DNA from: a virus
Lineage: Duplodnaviria > Caudoviricetes
Virus record (IMG/VR): IMGVR_UViG_3300046007_007938
Location: 1 to 27,862 of that record
Length of the DNA: 27,862 bases
Direction: 5' to 3' (one strand)
The notes below the pieces were generated by a model. That model worked only from the letters and a program-made list of their open reading frames with translations, had not been told where the DNA came from and made no database searches. The position numbers and the translations under genes were made by a program. Below, one piece after another: positions 16,621-25,300 of this stretch. Numbering within the stretch: position 1 is the first letter of the stretch; every line of letters starts with the position of its first letter.

Positions 16621-17750
16621 CCTATACGGTTTAAATTATTTAATATAGCTTGTTTATGTATATCATCTACTGGCTCATTCTCTAATAAATATCTAAATAT
16701 GTTTCTTGATTCTTCACACAATCCACACCACCAAGCACTAACTGCTTTTTCAAATATAACACCATAGAAACCTGGATAGTCAAGAGTAGTTTTTAATTTG
16801 CTTGGTTTTCTAGTAGCTACTTTATCACCTATACTAGCTATAAGATAACTATTAAACCATTTTTCAGCTCGCTCATAAAATCTACTCAAATAGAAATACC
16901 CTTCAGGTCTATGAGGCATTAATGCTACAGCATGTTGTAACATACCTTCTACTGAATTGTTTCTACTACCTTGTGAATCAAAACACATCGCTGCTCTTAA
17001 CAAACATTCATAACGAACTAATTCATCATATGTCCTTTCAGCTGCCCTTAAATAAAACGATACAGCAGATGCCGTTTGTTCTATACTATGGTAATAATAA
17101 CCCATATAAAAGTTTATTTCTGGGTTATTTGGGTATTCTATATAGTGACTTAGTAATGATTTTAGTATATCTTTTTCACCCATCTCTTTATAAAAATCAA
17201 GTAATGAATATACATTCATCCACACATGTTTATTATAAGTGAAATTAGTATAGTTTATTTCTTCAGTTATGTTAAGTTTAGTTTGATGACCTTTTTTAAT
17301 CACACCTAAACCCATGTCAGTGTCTATAGTGAACATTTCAAGATCATTTCTTGTTTGTCTTAATTCAACAAATGCTTTCCAACAATCTCCTGTCCACATT
17401 CCGCTACTAAATGGAATAATTTGCATTTCTTCATTAGTAGGAAGCATATCATGACATATAATATATCCATGTGGGTTAAGACAATCTAAAGCATTAATTA
17501 TATCTTTATAAACTTGATCTGAATGATGTAATCCATCTACAAGAATAATATCAAATTTTTCAGTATTATCTTTGAAGAAATCATCTGATGTTTCTTTAAT
17601 AACTCCTGGGTATGGTGAGTATGGATCAACTCCTACTTTATGTTCTATTTTTATATTTTCAAAACTAAAGCCTTGGTCAACACCTATTTCAAGGTATTTT
17701 TTTGCTTTAATTTTATCAGCTAAATAATTTATAATATATATTTTATCCAT
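16617..17750 (-). CDS. Class I SAM-dependent methyltransferase (Methyltransf_24-like) fused to a TPR-like helical domain
   Basis: YLEIGVDQG (motif I), FDIILVDGLH, GYIICHD; C-terminal half has TPR-like helices (PNNPEINFYMGYYY...AVSFYLRAAE; PHRPEGYFYLSRFY). Confidence 0.75.
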   Translation of the reverse strand: MDKIYIINYLADKIKAKKYLEIGVDQGFSFENIKIEHKVGVDPYSPYPGVIKETSDDFFKDNTEKFDIILVDGLHHSDQVYKDIINALDCLNPHGYIICHDMLPTNEEMQIIPFSSGMWTGDCWKAFVELRQTRNDLEMFTIDTDMGLGVIKKGHQTKLNITEEINYTNFTYNKHVWMNVYSLLDFYKEMGEKDILKSLLSHYIEYPNNPEINFYMGYYYHSIEQTASAVSFYLRAAERTYDELVRYECLLRAAMCFDSQGSRNNSVEGMLQHAVALMPHRPEGYFYLSRFYERAEKWFNSYLIASIGDKVATRKPSKLKTTLDYPGFYGVIFEKAVSAWWCGLCEESRNIFRYLLENEPVDDIHKQAILNNLNRIG

Positions 17751-18723
17751 TGATAAATTCCTCTATTGTTGTTTTAGGTGCTCTTAATAGATAAGCGGCG
17801 TTATCTTGAAAGCCAAATGTTATTAAATATTCATTTTTATACTCAGCCATTCCAACACAAAATTCAACATCAGCATCCATAAAATGAAATTCTGGTGTTA
17901 TTTTAAGTATATTAAAATCTTTATCCCATATAATGAATCGATGGTAGTAAACAGCGTCTTTTCTTCCTTCTTCACTCTTAAATAAGTCTACTTCATGTGT
18001 AATAGCAAAATAACCATCTTTATATGGTACAATTTGAGATCCACCTCTTAAATCTCTAGGTATATTAATTGTGTTACTTAAATGAACAGTTTGTGATGTA
18101 CCCTTTATAGGATCTACTTTAACTAATTCTGTTGGGTTAGCCCATTTAACATAATGAAATGGTTTGTCAATAACTGGCATCCAATTTTTTTCACAGTATG
18201 AATTTGGATCATTAGGTGGTTCAATTCTTACTCTACTAATTTCTTTTACACTATCTTTATTTACCTGTATTTCAGATAATTCCATTCTACCAACTCCATT
18301 TGTAGTAGTATCTCTACGTACACCTGATAGATATAATTTATTATCCCATTCAATGATACGGGCATCCTCTAATCCTACAAATTCCCATAATGGCTCATAC
18401 ACATCAAATGTACTAGTATCTACTTTATAGTATTTACTGACTTTAAAGTCATTACCTATTTCACAATACCAATTCCATGTTCTTAAACGAACATCATTTT
18501 CTGGATGGATATAAGTTAATGGTCCGTATGGATGTTGAAATAATTTTTTCTCTGAATGGTAGAATGTATAATTTACATGTCTTATAATAACAGTAATTTT
18601 CCCATCTTTTACCATTATAGATGGATTCATTAATCCAGTACCGTTAGTAAGTTCAGCAGGAATTAAAAGAGGAGTAATGTCTCCTCCAGTGTCAATAACG
18701 CGTTTAACTAGATTTTTTTCCAT
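17743..18723 (-). CDS. Glycoside hydrolase/phosphorylase-like beta-propeller (GH130/GH43-like)
   Basis: Motifs MNPSI, GLEDARI, EKNWMP, LRGGSQ, VEFCVG, FGFQDN; NP, ED.R and KN motifs are typical of GH130-like five-bladed propellers. Confidence 0.65.
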   Translation of the reverse strand: MEKNLVKRVIDTGGDITPLLIPAELTNGTGLMNPSIMVKDGKITVIIRHVNYTFYHSEKKLFQHPYGPLTYIHPENDVRLRTWNWYCEIGNDFKVSKYYKVDTSTFDVYEPLWEFVGLEDARIIEWDNKLYLSGVRRDTTTNGVGRMELSEIQVNKDSVKEISRVRIEPPNDPNSYCEKNWMPVIDKPFHYVKWANPTELVKVDPIKGTSQTVHLSNTINIPRDLRGGSQIVPYKDGYFAITHEVDLFKSEEGRKDAVYYHRFIIWDKDFNILKITPEFHFMDADVEFCVGMAEYKNEYLITFGFQDNAAYLLRAPKTTIEEFING

Positions 18724-18730
18724 AACTTAA

Positions 18731-19285
18731 TTAAGGTATAAATTTATTTTCGCGTATCCAAACAATCGCTATATATTTTATTCCTTCTTCTACAGGTAAA
18801 CCAGCGTGAAGTGAGTCATGATTCAATGAACCATCTGGGTTGAGGTTGTCCCATATAATTAATTTGCCTTGTTCTGGTGCTACTTTCACATCAATAGTAG
18901 GAAATACTGTTTCGCCACCTTTAAAATTATCATTTAAGTAAATTAAACATGATTTAGTTCGTTGTCCACCTTTAGCTAATTCAGCTTCAGTGTAAGATTG
19001 ATTTAGGTGAAAAAAGTCATGATGATTTTTATACTCACCACCAATTTTATATTTAACTAAATGAATACTTTCTTGATTTTCCTTTGGTAATTTAGATACT
19101 TCAACTAACATATCTGAAATGAAATTATTATCATTGTCATTTTTATCTATCCATGTTCCTTCAGCTTTTCTATATTCATCTTCATTATCACTACCTAATA
19201 CTTTTAGATTTTCTAATTTTGATTCACATATTTGAATCAAGGTATTACATTGTTCTGGTGTGATAAAATTTTTAATTTCTACCAT
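18731..19285 (-). CDS. Prolyl 4-hydroxylase (collagen/plant/viral P4H-type 2OG-Fe(II) oxygenase)
   Basis: YKIGGEYKNHHDFF, GGQRTKSCLIYLNDNFKGGETVFP and SLHAGLPVEEGIKYIAIVWIR give HxD...H plus the 2OG-binding Lys of P4Hc enzymes. Confidence 0.85.
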   Translation of the reverse strand: MVEIKNFITPEQCNTLIQICESKLENLKVLGSDNEDEYRKAEGTWIDKNDNDNNFISDMLVEVSKLPKENQESIHLVKYKIGGEYKNHHDFFHLNQSYTEAELAKGGQRTKSCLIYLNDNFKGGETVFPTIDVKVAPEQGKLIIWDNLNPDGSLNHDSLHAGLPVEEGIKYIAIVWIRENKFIP

Positions 19286-20231
19286 ATTGTTTTAATTTTG
19301 GATGTTTTAATAAATGACTATATTTAGGAAAGTTTATAGATATTTCTTGATACATTTTTTTACAGTGTTCTACTCTTAAGTCTTCACTTTTATTATAATA
19401 AGCTTTCCATAACCATACATGCCACCAATTAATAAGATCTTTAGTAGCGTCATGTTTAATAGGATAATAAAAAATAGCACTTTCTCCAACCTTATCATCA
19501 CCTGTTCCTTCAAAATTTGATAGGAATACTTTATCAGTGAGTGTTTGTGGTTTAATATTATTTCTTCTTAATATTTGTCCTAATAATCCTTGATCTGTAA
19601 GTAACCAAAACCATTCAGGTATTTGATCTTTAGTATTTACTGCTTCTAAATGATCTTTTAAATATTCTGTTTGTATACTTTTATTATTAATATATAAAAA
19701 AGAAGTATTTGGAACTAACATATGGTATGAGTAATCTTCTGGTGGTGACCAATGTTTGATTTCTGAGAATTGTTCTTTATTTGGATAATATTGTCCTCTA
19801 GCTATTTCCCAATGAGCAATTGTTATATCAGAATTAAACACCCATTCAGGTAATTTTTCTTTAATTATAAAATCTAAATCTAAAAAACAAAATGGAGGTT
19901 CTTCTTTACAAATACAGAATGTTTTACCTGATGTCCAAAATTGTCCCGCGTCTATATTATTATAATTATTTAAAGTATCTATATCAATTTCATCCCATAA
20001 CTCTAACATATTATGTTTTCTATAATATTCATATCCAGTAGAATCAGTATAAAGTTTAGTAGGACCATTATATTCTTTCCAGTAACCAACAGACATTATA
20101 GTGTATAATAATTCATAATCAACTATAGTGTATTTGTCTGAAGTTATTTTGTTTATTATTTTAAACGCAGGATTTATTAATCTTTTTCTTTCTGAAAATG
20201 GTTTAGTCCAATTAACAAAAACAGCTTTCAT
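19272..20231 (-). CDS. DUF6734-like protein, putative GT-A nucleotide-sugar transferase
   Basis: KLYTDSTG...FWTSGK...PFCFLDLDFII (DxD)...PNTSFLY...DQGLL. Confidence 0.6.
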   Translation of the reverse strand: MKAVFVNWTKPFSERKRLINPAFKIINKITSDKYTIVDYELLYTIMSVGYWKEYNGPTKLYTDSTGYEYYRKHNMLELWDEIDIDTLNNYNNIDAGQFWTSGKTFCICKEEPPFCFLDLDFIIKEKLPEWVFNSDITIAHWEIARGQYYPNKEQFSEIKHWSPPEDYSYHMLVPNTSFLYINNKSIQTEYLKDHLEAVNTKDQIPEWFWLLTDQGLLGQILRRNNIKPQTLTDKVFLSNFEGTGDDKVGESAIFYYPIKHDATKDLINWWHVWLWKAYYNKSEDLRVEHCKKMYQEISINFPKYSHLLKHPKLKQYGRN

Positions 20232-21132
20232 TATCAGATATGTTATATATTTTATTAAATGTATTTAAATATTTTATATCAGTTATTGTAGAATTAGTAA
20301 TACTATGCATATGGTTTAATTCATCTATATACATTTTACCTTTATTTTTCATTTCCATTTTACCACTAGCGTAATGAAAAAGATACTCACCAGCATTTTG
20401 ATATGATATTCCTATTCCTTTAATATGATCAGGTAAAGTTAAATCTGATTCATAGTCATGAATTAATACTTTTACTTTTAAATTGAGTTTTTTTACTAAT
20501 TCATATAACATATGTTGCTCAACAAATGTAATATACTTACCTCTTTCAAATTTTTCAAACTCATCTTTAATAACTTTACTAGCTTCAACCATGTACTCTA
20601 TTGCTGAGTTGCAATATGTTTTTCTAAATTCTTCATCTTTTATATAAAGAAAAGATACATTAAATGATTTATTACCCCAATTGTAGTCCCAATTCACATT
20701 AATATTATTAAAAGCGTCTTGAGGTTTTAAATAATTTTTATTTATATATTCAGCCCACAAACAAGATATGTCTGTGTTTTCAAATACACCCATTTTTTCT
20801 AGGTTAGAATAAAATCTAAAATCTAAATCAAACATAACAGAAGGACCGTCAATAAAAAGCTGTGCTTTTATTTTTGCGGCTGCCCAAAATATATTAAGAT
20901 TTATATCAGTAATTTCATCTAATAAAGTATCATTTACTTCATCAAATAACTCTAGTATCCCAAACTGTTCATAATATTTCTTAGTAAATTTATCTACAAA
21001 AAATATAGTTTTCCATTCTGGGTGAAAATGTTTAACAAATGCTAAACATGATACAGTACATAACACTTCAGTTTTTAATTGAATATATGAACCATTTTTA
21101 CTTGTATCATTTGCAATCCATATTGCAGTCAT
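20212..21132 (-). CDS. DUF6734-like protein, putative GT-A nucleotide-sugar transferase (paralogue of its neighbour)
   Basis: FFVDK...FWAAAKIKA...PSVMFDLDFRF (DxD)...FNVSFLY...EQHML; same motif order as 19272..20231. Confidence 0.6.
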   Translation of the reverse strand: MTAIWIANDTSKNGSYIQLKTEVLCTVSCLAFVKHFHPEWKTIFFVDKFTKKYYEQFGILELFDEVNDTLLDEITDINLNIFWAAAKIKAQLFIDGPSVMFDLDFRFYSNLEKMGVFENTDISCLWAEYINKNYLKPQDAFNNINVNWDYNWGNKSFNVSFLYIKDEEFRKTYCNSAIEYMVEASKVIKDEFEKFERGKYITFVEQHMLYELVKKLNLKVKVLIHDYESDLTLPDHIKGIGISYQNAGEYLFHYASGKMEMKNKGKMYIDELNHMHSITNSTITDIKYLNTFNKIYNISDNESCFC

Positions 21133-21134
21133 AA

Positions 21135-21935
21135 CTAGTTTATTTGCTTAAATTCTACATCTATCTTAGAGTAATTTACATTATAGAATCCATTTTCATC
21201 AATCCCTACAGCACTTTCAAATTCAGTTCCAATTAATTCTTGAGCAATAACTCCTTGATATACAACACCAGGATTATTAATATATTCAAAAGTGTAAATA
21301 TTAATTCCTAATACTGAGTTACCAATCATCATTAAGTTAGTTTTTAATCTAACATCAGATGGAGATGATGGTGGTGGTGGTGGAGGTGGTGGTGGTGGAG
21401 GAGGTGGAGGAGGAGCACAAGAAGTATAGTTAGTTACCATACCAGATGAGTCAGTGATCACAGCGTAAATGTTAACTCCATCAAATGATAATCCTTTCCA
21501 TTGACCTCCTGTATTTAAAGGAGTAGTAAGAGCAGTATTGTCATAGATGTAAGTAACACTTGATTGCATAAAGTTCACATTAGTGTAATAGCTTCTAGAA
21601 CTAAAGTAATTATTACAAGCTGTTGTTGAATCATTAGCTAAACCACCTACAGGCCCTAACAACACATAATATACTGGTGTAGGTGTTGGGGTTGGAGTTG
21701 GAGTAGGGGTAGGTGTTGGTGTTGGAGTAGGTGTACAAGTAGCAGTATGGTTATAACCATACCACTCACTCATAGCAGCTGGATTACCAGAACTAGGTCT
21801 AGAAGGACTACAAACATTAATAGTGACATAACCACCATTTTCTGCTGTGTCCAATGAGAATGGGGATTGAGTAGATATTCCTAACTCAACCCTTATATCA
21901 TTCATTGTTATAGTTCCTGATGATGGTAATGCCAT
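21135..21935 (-). CDS. Putative virion fibre-associated protein with (TP)10, poly-Pro and a C-terminal peptidase S74-like chaperone domain
   Basis: MALPSSGTITMNDIRVELG N-terminus of a type seen in fibre-tip proteins; C-terminal SDVRLKTN...YQGVIAQEL...VNYSKID. Confidence 0.7.
   Translation of the reverse strand: MALPSSGTITMNDIRVELGISTQSPFSLDTAENGGYVTINVCSPSRPSSGNPAAMSEWYGYNHTATCTPTPTPTPTPTPTPTPTPTPVYYVLLGPVGGLANDSTTACNNYFSSRSYYTNVNFMQSSVTYIYDNTALTTPLNTGGQWKGLSFDGVNIYAVITDSSGMVTNYTSCAPPPPPPPPPPPPPPPSSPSDVRLKTNLMMIGNSVLGINIYTFEYINNPGVVYQGVIAQELIGTEFESAVGIDENGFYNVNYSKIDVEFKQIN
21369..21413 (-). repeat. Poly-proline tract (15 CCA/CCT codons)
   Basis: Plus strand (tgg/agg)15. Confidence 0.95.
21675..21734 (-). 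repeat. (Thr-Pro)10 repeat
   Basis: Ten ACN-CCN hexamers with varied third positions. Confidence 0.95.
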
Positions 21936-21943
21936 ATTTTATA

Positions 21944-22366
21944 TTATTCTACAGTTGGAGTAGGGGTAGCTGTTTCAGTAGCTGTAGGGGTTGGTGTTGG
22001 TGTAGCTGTTGGAACTGGAGTTGGAGTAACTAACCATGGAGATGTTAAAGTCACTACTGGTGGGTTGATTTGGTTAGCAATGTTTTGAGCTAAACCAGCT
22101 TTTAAGTTATCAACAGATCCAGTACCCATAGCATTTTCTACCCAGCCTTGTACTTGTTCTAACGTTAATTCTTCAAACGGAGTGAATGATGAACCAGATG
22201 TATAGGTTAATCCTTGTGTACCGATTGATTGAGCTGTGTAAGTTGTTTCGCCTACTATTTCAGAAGCATGTAATTGCCAGTGAGCAACAAATACCACATC
22301 ATGTTCACCAGATGATGTAGGGTAAGCTTCTAGTGGGTTAATTGTCCAATTGTAAGTAATAGCCAT
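21944..22366 (-). CDS. Hypothetical fibre-associated protein with a Thr/Pro-rich C-terminal tail
   Basis: 140 aa directly downstream of the fibre gene; ends TPTPVPTATPTPTPTATETATPTPTVE. Confidence 0.7.
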   Translation of the reverse strand: MAITYNWTINPLEAYPTSSGEHDVVFVAHWQLHASEIVGETTYTAQSIGTQGLTYTSGSSFTPFEELTLEQVQGWVENAMGTGSVDNLKAGLAQNIANQINPPVVTLTSPWLVTPTPVPTATPTPTPTATETATPTPTVE

Positions 22367-22372
22367 TTTATT

Positions 22373-25300
22373 TTAATTTTGTTTTTGTGATAATAAATAT
22401 TTAAGATCTTCAACTTCAGTTTTTAGTTCTTTGATTGCTTCGATTAATACACCTACAATGTTACCATAAGATACACCTAGCATTCCATCTTCTTGTTTAA
22501 ATACAACTTCAGGAAGTATTTCTTGTACTTCTTGTGCAATAACACCAATCTTAGGTGATTTATCACTTTCATCTATTCTATTATATGAAACTCCTCTTAA
22601 TGATAAAACTTTATCTAATGAGTTTTCTATTGTTTTAATGTTTTCTTTTGTTCTTTTATCTGAGTATGCTACCACATCTCCATCTACTGTTAATGTACCT
22701 GCAGCAGTTAATGTTAGGCGTTGAGTGTGATTTGCGTTTGTTTGTCTCATTACAATACCAAATACACCTTCATATGTACCTGAACCTTTATAAGCTCTTA
22801 ATGATACTCTATGGTGTTGACCATCAGCATCATTTGTACTCATGCCAAGTTGAACTCGTTGACCTGATTGTGTATTAGATATGAATATAGCATCATTAAA
22901 ATCATTATTAGCTGCGTTTTGATTTATTTCTAATGCATATGCAGCTCCAGATACAAAACGACCATTACCAGCTACATCTAACCTAGCTGCTGGAGATGTG
23001 GTGTTTATGCCAACATTACCACTAGAATTTATTCTAATAGCTGAATTGCCATTAACATAGAATAACATATTGGCGCTACTTGTAGCTCCTGTGTTAAATT
23101 CAATTCCATTAATACTAGAATTATGGTATATATGCATTCTTTCAGTAGAACCATCAAATATTTGATATCCATTTCCACTAGAAGCATTTACTCGTATAAT
23201 ACCATTAACTTGAAGAGGAGCAGCTGGGGCTGTAGTACCTACACCAACATTACCATTTGATCTTACTACTAATCCTGATTCAGTGTATCCAGCAAATCCA
23301 AAAGAGAAATAACTATCTGTATTATTAACAGGTACCATACAAATGATACCATCAATGATAGCACTATCTGTCATTAGTAATTTAGCTACTCTTCCACTAC
23401 CATTGTTGGTGAGTCGTAATATAGCTGGTACTGTTGAAAGTGTACCAGTACTAGCACGTTGTACACTTAGTATTTCATTATTCCACATTGATGTAGTACC
23501 TATACCTACATTACCATTACTTACTATGAAATTTCCAGCTGTTATAGTTGTATTAGAAGCTGAGGATATATTTAAAAAGGAGTTTGCTGAGTTATTTATT
23601 GTTGCTGTACCTCCTCCGTTATCACTGATAACTAGATTACCATTATTAGTATCAGTTGTTTTAAAAGCTAAACTACCTCTAATAACAGTATTGCCATTAA
23701 TATCAAGTTTAACTGCTGGGGATGTAGAACCTATACCAACATTACCTCCTGGTAATAATGAAATTCCTGTGCTATAAGTATATCCAGTTTCATCTGATGG
23801 GTTTCCAACATTCCAATAAGCTCTTGATAATGAGGTACTATTTCCAAGTACACCAAAAAACACAGTGTTACTTGTATCTGATGTTGTTATTCTACTTGCT
23901 CTAGCCCAACCCCCATCATTTAATCCAGATAAATTCATTTCTGGTCCATAGGCATAACTTTGAAAATAAACTCCATTTGTAGGTCCAAGTCTGTAAGTAC
24001 CACTTACATCTAATTTGTAAGATGGTGATGTAGAACCTATACCAACACTTCCTCCTTTAAAAATCATTACATCTCCAGTAGTATCAGCTATAGCACCATA
24101 AGTTCCATTAGCGCTAAGCTTTAACATCATAGTAGAACCATTGATAAACTGAAGTACAGGTCTGTTTGCTGACAATGATGAAATTGTGATTCCATTATCG
24201 GCTCCTCTTACTTCTAATTTATCTGTTACTGTTGTGGTACCTATACCAACATTACCATTAGATTGGATACGTACTCGTTCTGTTTGAGAAGCTCCTATAG
24301 AGTTTCCTTTTGCTCTAAATGTTATATGACCAGAATAGTCACCATCATCAATAACTCTTATAGTAGCACTTGCGTTAGCATATCCTGATGTGGTTGTTGA
24401 ATAAGTGGTAAAGTCTAAATCAACAAAAGCGCCGGTTCCACCAGTATTATTATTTAAAAATAAAGCGGTTCCATTTGATGTAATTAAGTTATGTTGTTTA
24501 CCAATTGGTAATATAGTGCCTATACCAACATTACCATCATTTTTTATATATATTTTTGCATCAAATGTACTTCCAGTTTGAGTAGTAGTTTGTAAAATAG
24601 CAAAATCACCAAATACATTATAATCATTATTTATTAACCAACTTCTACTATTAGCATTTGCATTATAGTTAATCCAAAATCCACCTTGTGCAGTACCATC
24701 TCCATTACTTCCTTGAGCTTGTATTCTAGCTCCTGATGTTAAAGTACTTGTAAATCTTCCAGTACCAGTAACATCTAATGTAAATGATGGTGATGTAGTA
24801 CCTATACCAACATTACCACTAGCAACAGTAACTCTTGTAGTTCCAGTATCAACTAAAGCAAATGTTGTAGCATATCTTACTTCTATAGGTATGTTAGCAT
24901 TTGCGGCGTCGTTTACACCTCCTATAACAATTGCATTAGCAACATTTACTGCTGCTCCTACATAAAAGTTAGCATTTGTAGTTTGTTTAACTTGAAATAT
25001 GAAGTTTGGTGTTGTAGTACCTATACCAACACTACCATTATTAAAATATGTTTTATCTTGTCCTATTTCTACAATATCTGTACCAGAGGAATTAGTTAAA
25101 AACATTTCAAAATTCTGGTCTACTCTCCATCTATATTGATTAGATGAATCTGTAGCACGATACATATTTACACCACTTTGTACTTTTATGTCAAGAGATG
25201 CTTGAGGATTTGTAGTGCCTATACCAACATTGCCTCCATTTTTAACAGTTACTCTAGCAGTACCACTACCAATAGCACCAGCATAAATTGTAAAGTCACC

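Noticed and set aside
15188-19285. DNA hypermodification (TET/JBP oxygenase plus glycosyltransferase) as the role of the enzyme cluster
   Set aside because: The oxygenases resemble P4Hc and DUF6445 rather than TET/JBP, no DNA methylase or nucleotide kinase is adjacent, and the block is coupled to fibre genes. Disfavoured but not disproved.
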